Assembly: GCA_050013255.1 (NCBI GenBank)
Contig: JBEKFP010000001.1
Span: 1,120,001 to 1,184,000, forward strand
Reading direction: 5' to 3'
Length of the DNA: 64,000 nucleotides
Origin: Candidatus Bathyarchaeia archaeon
Lineage (GTDB): Archaea; Thermoproteota; Bathyarchaeia; 40CM-2-53-6
A program made the translations under genes and the position numbers. The notes beneath the pieces were generated by a model. The model saw only the letters and a list, made by a program, of their open reading frames with translations, was not told where the DNA came from and made no database searches. Of the stretch, positions 45,808 through 56,066 are shown in pieces; position 1 is the first letter of the stretch; each line of letters starts with the position of its first letter.

Positions 45808-46062
45808 CTATGCGTTCCTTTCATCCAGCTCCTCCTCATACGCATGCGGATTAATCTTGGACACGGGCTTTCCCTTTCGAGCGATTGTTTCCAAAGTTCG
45901 AATAGGATCTTCAGCCTCCCTCTCAAGGATCACACGCTATCCCTCCAGACGAAAAACAACCTTGGTTCCCGCGCCAATCTTGAGGATCTTTCTAAAACTC
46001 TTGGGGGTTACTACTTGCCCTTTTGGGCCGACCCGCATCTTGTCTGTTAGCAAGTGAAACAT
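45808..46062 (-). pseudogene. AbrB/MazE-type antitoxin with an internal stop
   Basis: RVGPKGQVVTPK.FRK.L.I..G..V.F; in-frame TAG at 45939-45937. Confidence 0.75.
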
Positions 46063-46353
46063 CAAGTTATACTTCTGTCTAACTTTCATTTATGCTTCGG
46101 TACGGGGAGGGGATTCTGACCCCAAGATCTTCAGAGACGTATTGACCAGATGGGTGGATGTAATCATCCGGCACTCCACTTCAGGCAGAAAAAAAACCCA
46201 AAATCAGCTCTGTCCGACCCCAAGAAAAACAGCAAAACAGGCCCGGTTTGACTCAGAAAACTGAGTCACCCCCCTGGGGGGTGCCTCCAAGCGTGCGCGC
46301 AAGTAAACTAGAGTGTGCATCCATTCAAAGGAGGGTGTTGAAGGAACCGGCGC

Positions 46354-47409
46354 TTAGTTGATTTGTGTGGCTTTTCTCGCGTGTTTCGCCAGCGCCATGT
46401 TTACCACTTTCTGGTACCCCTTCTCTTCCGGCTTCAGTTCACGCAGCTCCACGTAACCCGCCTTCTCAGCTTGCCTTAGAATGTCGAGGCCCTTCTCTGT
46501 CCGCGCAATCACTGTGGAATAACCTGTTGGGCATCCTATACCGCCCACTGAGATGTCTGCGTATTCGGCGGTGAAATCTTCGCATTGCTTGCAACTCTGC
46601 CGAACGAACGCATCAACGTCACGAAGCGGTACATGCAAGAGTTCTTTGTCGCCAGCTTTAGCGATGAAGGATCCCTTCTTGATTTCCACACGTGTGATGG
46701 TGGAAGGGTCGATGCCTTTGCCGGCCATGTAGGTTTCCACCAGCTTATCGTAACCGTAAGCCTCCATACAGAACAAGCCTATGCTCAACTGCATGGCCTG
46801 TGCCAAACGGCGGTTGCCCAATGGTGATGTCTGAATCCTTCTCACCGCTCTCATCTGGCACGGTGTTCCGACCAGGCCAACCTTGGTCTTAGCGTACTCT
46901 TCAACCGCTGATCGAACACCAAGAAGCGTCGGGCTGGGTGTGTACTTCGTCCCAGCGTTCTTCACGATATCCTCGCTCTTCGTCGCGACCACAGGCTTCG
47001 CTTTCCAATTCGCATCTCTTCCCGCAACCACCGCTGCATCAATCAACTTCTTGTCCAGCGCGTAGCTAAGGAGGGCTGTAACCATACCGCCGTCCTGCGC
47101 AACTCCTTGAGTATCTTTGCTAACTGCGCGGCCAACAAATGTTCCTCTAGATATTCCGAGGGGTTCATCAGCGCGTCTTGTTCGGCCGTGGAGGAAGACT
47201 TCGACGTCATTCTTCGGAAACTCGACCGTGGGGCACTGGTAGTAGCAGACTTCGCACAGAGCACACTGGCCGATCAGTGTTGGTTGTTCCCCAACTGGCC
47301 AAAGTACTCCCACGGGGCATGAGGCCATGCAGGCCCCGCAGAAAGAGCATAAATTAGGTCGAACTACTTGCGTTACTAGGTTGCCGAACAGCTGTGGTTT
47401 CGCCATCAT
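46354..47409 (-). CDS. Coenzyme F420 hydrogenase/dehydrogenase beta subunit (FrhB family) with N-terminal ferredoxin
   Basis: Two CxxCxxCxxxCP motifs, QDGGMVT, GTKY, GTPCQ, GLFCME and C..C.DF.AE.ADISVG; start trimmed to MMAKP. Confidence 0.9.
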   Translation of the reverse strand: MMAKPQLFGNLVTQVVRPNLCSFCGACMASCPVGVLWPVGEQPTLIGQCALCEVCYYQCPTVEFPKNDVEVFLHGRTRRADEPLGISRGTFVGRAVSKDTQGVAQDGGMVTALLSYALDKKLIDAAVVAGRDANWKAKPVVATKSEDIVKNAGTKYTPSPTLLGVRSAVEEYAKTKVGLVGTPCQMRAVRRIQTSPLGNRRLAQAMQLSIGLFCMEAYGYDKLVETYMAGKGIDPSTITRVEIKKGSFIAKAGDKELLHVPLRDVDAFVRQSCKQCEDFTAEYADISVGGIGCPTGYSTVIARTEKGLDILRQAEKAGYVELRELKPEEKGYQKVVNMALAKHARKATQIN

Positions 47410-47556
47410 TTCAGATGCATCTTCTTGGTGTCTTTTCGACGCCGGCCAACCGCCTGGATTGAGGAAATGGCTTTTGGTTGTTTTCCATGATTGACATACA
47501 GAGGGCCCAAGCCAATTATCACTGAACAAAATTGAAAGCTCGGGAGCGGAATTCTT

Positions 47557-48843
47557 CTGTTTGATCGGCTCGGCCAAACGCTCAAGCCAAAACAACTAAG
47601 ACGCATACAGGAAACCAAACTCCGCAAAATCGTTCGCTACGCCTACAGGAATGTACCGTTATACCGCAAACGCTTCGACGAAGCCGGAGTGAAACCAGAA
47701 TCCATCAAAAGCCTCGACGATCTACCGAAGGTACCTTTCACAGCTAAGACAGATTTGCGAGACAATTATCCACTTGGTATTCTTGCCGTTCCTCAAAATC
47801 GCGTTTACTGTCTCCACGCGTCATCCGGTACAACTGGAAAACCGATAGTCGTAGCCTACACTCAACATGATTTGGAACGTTGGGCCACGTTAATGGGCAG
47901 AACTCTTGATACCGCCGGAGTAAAGAAAGGCGATATCGTTCAAAACATGTACGGATACGGCCTCTTCACCGGTGGGCTGGGTATCCATTATGGAGCCAGG
48001 GCCATAGGGGCCACAATCCTACCAACGAGCGTCGGAAACACAAAGCGCCAGCTAATGCTCATGAAGGACCTACGAAGCACCGTGGTCACGAGTACACCAT
48101 CTTACATGGTATACTTGGTTGAGGCAAGTCGGGCTGAGGGTTATGAGCCAAGAACCGATTTCGCTCTAAGAGTAGGGGTCTTCGGCGCTGAACCTTGGAG
48201 TGAAGAAGCTCGGAAGCGAATTGAGGCGGGGTTCGGTCTCCGGGCGCATGATATCTACGGTATGTCCGAGCTTTACGGTCCGGGGGTTGGAATCGAGTGC
48301 GAGCAAAGAAACGGCCTCCACATCTGGGGCGATGAATTTCTCGTAGAAACCATCAACCCTGACACCGGTGAGGTTTTGGAACCAGGCAAAGAAGGCGAAC
48401 TCGTCTTCACAATGCTTTCCCGGGAAGCGATGCCCTTCCTCCGCTACCGTTCAAGGGACCTCTCAACCGTGTACGAAGAGGAGTGTGCATGCGGCAGATA
48501 CCACAGCCGCATCGCGCGAATAAAGGGGCGGAGTGACGACATGCTCATCGTGGGAGGCGTGAACGTTTTTCCAAGCCAAATCGAGCATGTTTTAATGAAC
48601 ACTCCCGGCCTTGGAGATCAATATCAAATAATCGTCACGCACAAGGAACTGGACCGATTGGCCGTTAAGGTTGAAGCATCCACGGACATGCTGAAGGATC
48701 CGAATTTGCCGAAGAAGATTCAGGAAGACCTCTTCGCGGTCCTGGCGATTCGCGCTGACGTGGAACTCGTTGAGTTAGGGACACTCCCACGCTCAGAAGT
48801 CGGCAAGGCCCGCCGCGTAATCGACCTACGCCCAAAGGTTTGA
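47557..48843 (+). CDS. paaK: Phenylacetate--CoA ligase family protein
   Basis: SSGTTGKP, YGLFTGGLG, GAEPW, YGMSE and GRSDDM; homologous N-terminus extends to CTG 47557. Confidence 0.9.
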   Translation: MFDRLGQTLKPKQLRRIQETKLRKIVRYAYRNVPLYRKRFDEAGVKPESIKSLDDLPKVPFTAKTDLRDNYPLGILAVPQNRVYCLHASSGTTGKPIVVAYTQHDLERWATLMGRTLDTAGVKKGDIVQNMYGYGLFTGGLGIHYGARAIGATILPTSVGNTKRQLMLMKDLRSTVVTSTPSYMVYLVEASRAEGYEPRTDFALRVGVFGAEPWSEEARKRIEAGFGLRAHDIYGMSELYGPGVGIECEQRNGLHIWGDEFLVETINPDTGEVLEPGKEGELVFTMLSREAMPFLRYRSRDLSTVYEEECACGRYHSRIARIKGRSDDMLIVGGVNVFPSQIEHVLMNTPGLGDQYQIIVTHKELDRLAVKVEASTDMLKDPNLPKKIQEDLFAVLAIRADVELVELGTLPRSEVGKARRVIDLRPKV

Positions 48844-48914
48844 GCCTAGCGACTGGAACTGCGGCTAAACTCGTTACACCATTTACTGGAACCGGGTAAC
48901 GATTCAGCGTTCCA

Positions 48915-49751
48915 CTAAACCCGTCGGAAGCTCGCGCATATCATACCGAAGTACGTAGGAACATCGTAAGAGATCACGTCGGCTTTCATCCTAAACCTAT
49001 CAATAGCTCCCGCGAGCATAGTCATCTGCCACAGGCTATCTGCTCCAGCAGCGTCCACAAACTTCGGTCTGAACCCCATGATCGAATCAATGCGGCCTCT
49101 TTGAATTGCTTGCAAGACTAGTCTATCGTACTCCTTCGATGCTTTGTTGAAACCGTACGGTCCGGATTTCTTATGTCTATGTGCTTGGTCGGCGCTAGCG
49201 ACAAAAACAATCCTCTTCGCTGCGCGCTCACTTACCTCGCCCACGACTCTGCCAAATTGAAAGTTCTGTGAGAGTGCGATTTCGCGTGAAGGGGTCACGA
49301 TAACCACCTTCGGTTTTGGTCTGCACTCTGGGGTGATGAACAAAAGTGGAACTAGTGTTCCCCAATCCATGGGCATGTCGGAAGTGACACCGTCGAAGGT
49401 TCCATAATTCGCACCGATAACGGGGAGTTTTCTTCTCGTGGCGGCGTCGAGGAGTTTCCTCGCGAATTTCACGTCACATTTGACCTTGAGGCCAACAGAT
49501 TTCTTGTTGCGCGGCGAGGCTTGGAGTGTACCCGTAGAATTCTCGGCTGTGACTACTGCAATCTTCCGCCAAAGCTTTAGGTTGTGCGGGCTGGCAATCA
49601 CGATTGTGTCTGGTCTTGCCTTCCTAACCTCCTTTGCCAGCTCCTGCAGTCCTTGCCTCGTTTTCTGAAACTTTCGCACGGTGGATTTGCTGGCAAGTTT
49701 CGCAATTGCTTCGCTACCATGGGGTGCTATGCAGGCGTAAACCAGAGGCAT
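48915..49751 (-). CDS. LigB/MEMO-like (class III extradiol dioxygenase subunit B fold) protein
   Basis: APHG, SPH, DWGTLVPL, SADQAH and YFG. Confidence 0.8.
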   Translation of the reverse strand: MPLVYACIAPHGSEAIAKLASKSTVRKFQKTRQGLQELAKEVRKARPDTIVIASPHNLKLWRKIAVVTAENSTGTLQASPRNKKSVGLKVKCDVKFARKLLDAATRRKLPVIGANYGTFDGVTSDMPMDWGTLVPLLFITPECRPKPKVVIVTPSREIALSQNFQFGRVVGEVSERAAKRIVFVASADQAHRHKKSGPYGFNKASKEYDRLVLQAIQRGRIDSIMGFRPKFVDAAGADSLWQMTMLAGAIDRFRMKADVISYDVPTYFGMICASFRRV

Positions 49752-49923
49752 TTGATTTCGCTCTCAAACGAAGGAGGTGTTCGTTGAAAGCATAGCGTTT
49801 TTAGCGCAAGGGCCCGTAGTACTTGACGGTTACGCCTTTCGTTGCACTCTGCCCGACTAGCTGGCGAACGGGCTAAGCGTTCGGTGGAAGTCGTGGACTG
49901 AAATTGGAGAAGGATGGAGCATC

Positions 49924-51111
49924 TTGGATCTTCAACCGCAAGTCGGGTACGTTAGCACATACCCTCCTCGCGCGTGCGGCATAGCGACTTATACTCGAGA
50001 CCTAGCGAGGGCTCTACTAATGCGTGGCCGAATTGCCCGCTATCTCATTGTTGCAATTAATGAGGAGGATGGGAACCGGTATTCGGATCCTAATGTTAAG
50101 TTCACTATTGACCAGCATGGGCGCGAAGACTACTTCGCCGCAGCAGATTTCCTGAATCAGAGCGATGTTGACGTGGTAAGTGTCCAGCACGAGTACGGCA
50201 TCTACGGAGGAGAATGGGGGGAGTATGTCCTCGATCTCTACAAGAATCTCCAAAAGCCCATCATAACGACCTTTCATACGGTCCTTCGAAACCCGCCTGA
50301 CAAGGCACGCAGAATCATGTCTGAAATCGCAGAACGGAGCGAAACTGTTATTGTAACAATTGACTCAGCTGCGAAGCTTCTCGAGAAGCGGTTTGGAATC
50401 AACGCTGAAAGAATTAGAGTGGTACGTCACGGGGCTGCCCTCCCAGAGCGCGGGCACAACGAATATGCAAAACGATTTCTTGGGCTGGAGAAACGCACGG
50501 TACTCGCGACGTTCGGTTTGATCAGCTCTGGGAAAGGCCTAGAATATGCAATCAAATCACTCCCTTACCTAGTTAAGGAAAGGCCTGAGCTGCTGTACAT
50601 GGTGATAGGCGAAACGCACCCTGAGGTGCGAAGGCATGAAGGCGAAGCTTACCGCGAGAAACTAACATCGCTTACGAAACGGCTACACCTCGAAAACAAT
50701 GTTCGATTTGTAGACCACTATTTACGCGACGACGAACTGTCCCTGTACCTTCAAGCAATGGACATTTACGTGGCACCATACCTTGGCAAGGATCAGGTTT
50801 CCAGTGGGACGATTACGCTTGCGCTTGGACATGGCAGGGCAATTATTGCAACACCATCCCTATTCGCAAAAGAGGAGCTATCAAATAATAGAGGGCTTTT
50901 CTGCAAGTTCGCCGACGGACGTTCAATCGCCGAATGCGTCGAACGAATATTGAGCGACGTTAAATTAAGGCGGCAACTAGAAACGAACGCATTCAACTAC
51001 GGTCAAGAAATGGGCTGGACAAAGGTAGCTGATCAATATGGTGACATACTCAGATCTGCAATCGGAATTCCAAGAACTATCGATGAAACTGCGGCAATCA
51101 GTGAAGCTTGA
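49924..51111 (+). CDS. Glycosyltransferase family 4
   Basis: TYPPR.CGIATY, QHEYGIYGG, FGLI...KGLE, G.THP and Q.SSGT. Confidence 0.92.
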   Translation: MDLQPQVGYVSTYPPRACGIATYTRDLARALLMRGRIARYLIVAINEEDGNRYSDPNVKFTIDQHGREDYFAAADFLNQSDVDVVSVQHEYGIYGGEWGEYVLDLYKNLQKPIITTFHTVLRNPPDKARRIMSEIAERSETVIVTIDSAAKLLEKRFGINAERIRVVRHGAALPERGHNEYAKRFLGLEKRTVLATFGLISSGKGLEYAIKSLPYLVKERPELLYMVIGETHPEVRRHEGEAYREKLTSLTKRLHLENNVRFVDHYLRDDELSLYLQAMDIYVAPYLGKDQVSSGTITLALGHGRAIIATPSLFAKEELSNNRGLFCKFADGRSIAECVERILSDVKLRRQLETNAFNYGQEMGWTKVADQYGDILRSAIGIPRTIDETAAISEA

Positions 51112-52123
51112 CCACCTCTTCGCCATAACGGATCACAATGCGGTTCTGCAACACGCAAAGTTCTCCGTTCCCGCAAGAAAAGAGGGGTATACGGTCGACG
51201 ACAACGCCCGCGCCCTAGTATTCGCAGTTAAGGCAAAAGCTTACTGGCCCACTCAACCTCTTTCAGAGCTACAACGCAAACTGATCAGCTTTCTGCTTCT
51301 CATGCAAGCCGAAGACGGCAAGTTCCACAACCTCATGGATTACTCCCTAAGGTTCATCGACAATCCGACGGTTGGAGACCATCTGGGCCGGGCCATCTGG
51401 GCTGCTGGCTCAGTCATCAACTCGGATCTGCCCAATGGATTGAAGGCTCCCGCTCGAGTCATATTTGATCGAGCACTTCCTTGGGCAAGGGAGTCGTCTT
51501 CACCACGAACGATGGCCTATGCTTGCCTAGGCCTTTGCGAGCGATTCCAAGTCGACGCTAAGGACCCCAATTTAAGAGTCAACATTGCGTCGTTGGCCGA
51601 CAGCCTAGTCGACTTGTACAACGCCAACCATGGGACGGACTGGAAATGGTTCGAGAACACCATATCCTATGATAACGCGCGACTGCCCCAGGCTTTGCTC
51701 TTGGCCTATCAGTCATTAGGCGCAGATGAATACCTCAAAGTTGCCCAGGAAACGTTTCGATTCCTGCAAGAACAGACAACAATTGAAGGAAAATTCGTGC
51801 CCATCGGAAGTTGGGGCTGGTACGCTAGGGATAAGGAGAGAGCTCTCTACGATCAGCAACCCCTTGAGGCAGGAACTATGGTCGAGGCTGCAGCAATAGG
51901 CTACAAGATCACTGGCTCCGAAGTTTACGAGAGGGCTTTACGTGAAGCGCTGGGATGGTTCTTTGGTCTCAACACCAAGTCTGTCAACGTCTATGATGAG
52001 GCGACAGGAGCTTGTCATGACGGTATAACGGAGGTTGGTTTGAATGAGAATCAGGGCTCCGAGTCCACAATTTCTCTTTTGCTTGCCGCCGCAACCTTCC
52101 TGGAATGCGTTACAAAGGGATGA
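51083..52123 (+). CDS. Six-hairpin glycosidase-like protein (domain commonly fused to this GT4 type)
   Basis: LQHA, GYTVDDNARAL, W.WFE...YDNARLP, DQQP.E and C.DG....N.NQG.EST. Confidence 0.8.
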   Translation: MKLRQSVKLDHLFAITDHNAVLQHAKFSVPARKEGYTVDDNARALVFAVKAKAYWPTQPLSELQRKLISFLLLMQAEDGKFHNLMDYSLRFIDNPTVGDHLGRAIWAAGSVINSDLPNGLKAPARVIFDRALPWARESSSPRTMAYACLGLCERFQVDAKDPNLRVNIASLADSLVDLYNANHGTDWKWFENTISYDNARLPQALLLAYQSLGADEYLKVAQETFRFLQEQTTIEGKFVPIGSWGWYARDKERALYDQQPLEAGTMVEAAAIGYKITGSEVYERALREALGWFFGLNTKSVNVYDEATGACHDGITEVGLNENQGSESTISLLLAAATFLECVTKG

Positions 52124-52138
52124 GCTCTTGGCTGAGGT

Positions 52139-53059
52139 TCACTTCTCTTTTTCCAGTTCGTCGAGGAATTCATCCAGCGGAGAACTCGCGACGCAACAGA
52201 CTCTGTCGGCTCCGCCATAATAGGTCAGCAATTCTCCATCCCGAACCACGGCCCCGTCTGGAAACACAACGTTCGGAACAAAACCTCTCCTTTCAAAATC
52301 TGTTTCAGGTTCAAGGATTGGTGACCTAGTACGGGCAATCACTTTCTTCGGGTCATCTAAATCAAGCAACAGTGCCCCGGCACGGTAGATACGGTCGAGG
52401 CTGACGCCGTGGTAAAGCACCAGCCATCCGCGTTCAGTTTTGATCGGCGGCGAGCCAATTCCGACCTTTCTTTTCTCCCATGGAAACTTCGCTCTCAGGA
52501 TCTCATAGTCTCCGAAATGCGGCAAGTACTTGCTCCAGAAGCTCCGCGACGTCGCAAGCGATTCGATGCTGTCAAAGTAGGCAATCTGAACCTTTGACTC
52601 AAGCCGGTGAAGAATAGCCACTTTTCCGTGAATCCGCTCCGGAAAAATTACGCAGTCCTTGTCATCGCGGTCGGGCCCAACCAAACCGTACTTTTCGAAA
52701 TGCAAAAAGTCTTTCGTCGAAGCAAGGGCTATGCGTGGACCTTGGTGGGAGAAAGCAGTGTAGGTGACGTAGAAGGTTCCGTCGAAACGTGTTATGCGTG
52801 GGTCCTCGCATCCGAACTCCTCCCAATCGCCGGAAGAAGTCAGTACCGGTTCCGAGGAGCGCGATTCGATTGTTCTTCCGTCCAGCGTTCGCGCATATCC
52901 CAACCGGGAAGCTCCATGAGCGTCCACGGCTCGGTAGAGGAGGTGAATGGACCCACCTTCGGCAATTGCCCCAGGGTTGAAAGTTCCAATCGTCTCCCAC
53001 CCCATGTTGCTTCTCGGGGCGATGATGGGATTCTTCTCATATTTCGTAAGTCTTCGCAT
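52139..53059 (-). CDS. GH130-family glycosidase / mannoside phosphorylase
   Basis: FNPG, LYRA, GCEDPRI, DKD...FPE, YHGV, VPNVVF and YYGGAD. Confidence 0.9.
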   Translation of the reverse strand: MRRLTKYEKNPIIAPRSNMGWETIGTFNPGAIAEGGSIHLLYRAVDAHGASRLGYARTLDGRTIESRSSEPVLTSSGDWEEFGCEDPRITRFDGTFYVTYTAFSHQGPRIALASTKDFLHFEKYGLVGPDRDDKDCVIFPERIHGKVAILHRLESKVQIAYFDSIESLATSRSFWSKYLPHFGDYEILRAKFPWEKRKVGIGSPPIKTERGWLVLYHGVSLDRIYRAGALLLDLDDPKKVIARTRSPILEPETDFERRGFVPNVVFPDGAVVRDGELLTYYGGADRVCCVASSPLDEFLDELEKEK

Positions 53060-53155
53060 TCACTATTACCTGTACTGTGAGTGTCATGATGGAAGGGGTG
53101 GGTTTCTTCATGCCTAAGAACTAGTATTTGTGTTTGAGGTGGCAGACGGAACTAT

Positions 53156-53644
53156 TCAATTTCGAATCTGTTCTATTTCGTTTCCAACTAACTCAGCTAA
53201 TTCAAAGGCGGCTCTCTGTACAGGAGGGCTAAGGGCCTCGCGGAAAATAAATTCCGGGGTGATGTCGATTGTGAAGATTCTAATCGTATGTGGAACCGCA
53301 CTGTTTTCAAATCTCTTGAAGAGCTCCAAGGCTGTGGCAAAATTCGTGGAATGTGGTGACGATGCGTATTCTGTGCCTTTGAAATGCTCTGGCGATAATT
53401 CACAGATCTTGCCAACCGTCCCGGTTGAAGCAACCGAGTCTATAATGAAAACGCGTTCATAGCCCAATATCTCTTCAACCAGTCCAAGGCCGCCGAGGCT
53501 CAATTCCTTGAACTCCAAATCGGCTCGTCCGCGATTCCTATCCTTTAGCATTCTCACTACATGAATTCCTACTGCGTCGTCACCCATTATGGGATTACCG
53601 AGGCCTACAAGCAAAATGGTCGTATGGCTCAGCCCCGGTCTCAT
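53156..53644 (-). CDS. Hydrogenase maturation protease
   Basis: GLGNP.MGDD.VG, IIDS and SPH. Confidence 0.92.
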   Translation of the reverse strand: MRPGLSHTTILLVGLGNPIMGDDAVGIHVVRMLKDRNRGRADLEFKELSLGGLGLVEEILGYERVFIIDSVASTGTVGKICELSPEHFKGTEYASSPHSTNFATALELFKRFENSAVPHTIRIFTIDITPEFIFREALSPPVQRAAFELAELVGNEIEQIRN

Positions 53645-53652
53645 GAACGATT

Positions 53653-55113
53653 CTACGGTCTCCGTATGTTATGAAGGATCGCCCTGTTTCTGTTGTAGAT
53701 TTTGATGTCGAGGGGCATCTGGCCTGGTAGGGTGTGGGTTGCGCAGGCGTAGCATGGGTCGTAAGCCCTGAAGGCCATCTCGACCATGTTCAGAATCCCG
53801 TCGGATACTTCCCCTTTCTTGATGAACCCCTCAGCGGCTTGCTTAATCGACATGCTGATTGCCGCATGGTTGTTAGTCGTTGCCACGATGAGGTTCACGT
53901 TCGTCACCATGCCTTTCGCATCCGTCTTGTAGTGGTGGAAGAGTGTTCCGCGGGGCGCTTCGACCGCTCCCACACCTTCGTCTGGTGTTTGAGTCGGGAT
54001 GTTTCGAACGTTCGGGTTTGTGATGTCGGGGTCTTGGCTAAGTTGTACCAGGCGCTCTGAAGCGTATACAAGTTCGACTAGGCGCGCCCAATGCGTAGCC
54101 AAAGTTGAGTGAACTGGCTTCTGGCCTAATGTCTCGTACAATCTCTTGTATTCTGCTTGTGCTGTTGGGGTAGCCATCCCTTCTGATACGTTGAGGCGGG
54201 CGAGTGGGGTCGCTTTGTATACGCCACTATCCTTGCCTCCTACCAGCCCTTTCCATCCGATCTTCTTGAGGTAGGGGAATTTGAGGTAGGTCCACGGTTC
54301 CACATGCTCCGAGATGTATTGCTGGTAGTCGGCTGCTGGAAACTTTGCAAACTCGTGGCCTTCCGGGTCCACAACCCTGATCTTTCCGTCGTAGAAGTTG
54401 ACGTGGCTCTGTTCGTCGACCGTACCCATGCAATATGTTTCTGTTGCGTAATTGTCGCTTGTTATGAGGTTGACGTAATCCTTGTTTTTCAGAACTATGT
54501 CGTCGAACAGTTTCATTGTGAACTTTGCAAATTCAACTTCGGATTTTGCGATCGATTCGATTCTGGCTCTCTCGTCTTCCGTAATGGGTTTGCTGACCCC
54601 GCCGGGGACGCCGCAGCTTGGGTGGATCCTCTTTCCACCTATCATCGCAATGACGTCGAGTGCATCCGAGCGGTGTTTGATGACTGAGCTGCCGACTTCT
54701 AACCCGACTTTCCCTATTACGCCGAGAATATTTCGCTCTGCTTTCGGCGCACTTGGTCCCATCACGAAGTCGGGGCCGGCGAGTATGTAGAAGTGGGTTA
54801 TGTGGTCGGCTATGAAGAAGGCGCTGTATAGGAGTTCTCTGAGTTTCTTCGCGGCTGGGGGTGGTTCTACATGGAACACTTGGTCTAGGGCTTTGGTGGA
54901 GGCTATGTGGTGTGCTTCTGGGCAGACGCCGCAAATTCTGCTGGTTATGTCGGGCATTTCTTCGACAGGCCTACCCTCGCAGAACTTCTCGAAACCCCTG
55001 AGTTCAGGGACTTGGAAGTAGGCGTTCTCGACATTCCCCTCATCGTTAAGGAAGATTGAGATCTTCCCGTGTCCCTCAAGCCTTGTAACAGGGTTGATTG
55101 TGACGGTTTTCAT
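53653..55113 (-). CDS. mvhA: [NiFe] hydrogenase large subunit, group 3c
   Basis: TRLEGHG, RICGVC and DPCYACATH plus a cleavable C-terminal extension. Confidence 0.95.
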   Translation of the reverse strand: MKTVTINPVTRLEGHGKISIFLNDEGNVENAYFQVPELRGFEKFCEGRPVEEMPDITSRICGVCPEAHHIASTKALDQVFHVEPPPAAKKLRELLYSAFFIADHITHFYILAGPDFVMGPSAPKAERNILGVIGKVGLEVGSSVIKHRSDALDVIAMIGGKRIHPSCGVPGGVSKPITEDERARIESIAKSEVEFAKFTMKLFDDIVLKNKDYVNLITSDNYATETYCMGTVDEQSHVNFYDGKIRVVDPEGHEFAKFPAADYQQYISEHVEPWTYLKFPYLKKIGWKGLVGGKDSGVYKATPLARLNVSEGMATPTAQAEYKRLYETLGQKPVHSTLATHWARLVELVYASERLVQLSQDPDITNPNVRNIPTQTPDEGVGAVEAPRGTLFHHYKTDAKGMVTNVNLIVATTNNHAAISMSIKQAAEGFIKKGEVSDGILNMVEMAFRAYDPCYACATHTLPGQMPLDIKIYNRNRAILHNIRRP

Positions 55114-56066
55114 GGCTTGGTCCTCCTTAGCAGAGAGCGAGCCAGGCTAAACCTGTAGAATGTGCCGAGCGGATCAGGCACTGAGTCCGCGAGCTTCTGA
55201 ATGTCTTCTTCGCTCTGCGCATCGAAGATTGATGATAAGGCCGAAAGCATCTTTCCGCCCTGGTCAATGGCTTTAGGCAGTGGCCCGTAGCAGCCGCGGC
55301 AAGGCGCGTTTGCGTCTAGGCATATGCTCCCACAACCTCCCCGGGTAGCTGGTCCCATGCAGATTATGCCTTGTTCAAGCAGGCATTTCTGCGAGTCAGG
55401 GATCGTTTCGTAGGTTCTAACAATCTTAGTGATCTTCCTTTCCGTCCTGGTGCGCTTGCACTCGTGGCACAGTGATTTGTCGGAGGCTCCTAGAACAGCT
55501 CCCTTCGGCGGCAGTGGGCCATCGACGAATAGGCTGATCACCTTGGAGACTTGTTCCCCAACTGGGGGACATCCGGGTACATAGTAATCGACGTCCACGA
55601 CTTGGTCGAGAGTTTTGACGGTGTTGTAGAGTTCGGGTATGGTTAGTTCTCCTTCCCTTACTTGCACCTTGGTTTGCGGGAAGGTTTTTTCGGGATTATC
55701 TGTCGTGGGCGTTTCCATGTAGGAGCTTGCGAAGATCCCGTCGCGGTCGGTTGTGTTCGCTAGGCTTGGTATGCCGCCTAAGTAGGCGCAGGTTCCGAAG
55801 GCTACAAGTAGTTTGGATTTGGCTCGCAGTAGTTTAGCTATGTGTTCGTTTTCGGAGTTTTGTATTGCGCCATTCATGAATGTGACATTTATGCTGCCGT
55901 CCGGCATCGCCTCAAGGTCTGAGTACTTGTAATCCAAGGCGGCGGGCCAAAAGACTATGTCAACCTTGTTGGCCAGGTCAACTAGTTTAGTTCCAAGTTC
56001 AAGTATAGCTATCTCGCAACCGCCGCAACTGCTTGCCCAGTTGAAAGCTATCTTAGGGTTCGTCAT
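55110..56066 (-). CDS. mvhG: [NiFe] hydrogenase small subunit
   Basis: SCGGC, GTCA, PGCPP and C..EQG..CMGPAT..GC...C. Confidence 0.93.
   Translation of the reverse strand: MTNPKIAFNWASSCGGCEIAILELGTKLVDLANKVDIVFWPAALDYKYSDLEAMPDGSINVTFMNGAIQNSENEHIAKLLRAKSKLLVAFGTCAYLGGIPSLANTTDRDGIFASSYMETPTTDNPEKTFPQTKVQVREGELTIPELYNTVKTLDQVVDVDYYVPGCPPVGEQVSKVISLFVDGPLPPKGAVLGASDKSLCHECKRTRTERKITKIVRTYETIPDSQKCLLEQGIICMGPATRGGCGSICLDANAPCRGCYGPLPKAIDQGGKMLSALSSIFDAQSEEDIQKLADSVPDPLGTFYRFSLARSLLRRTKP

Noticed and set aside
45937-45939. Pyrrolysine or readthrough at the TAG in the antitoxin
   Set aside because: The neighbouring toxin is also broken (ACG start, truncation), so pseudogenisation is the simpler explanation. 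No pyl genes are in the window.
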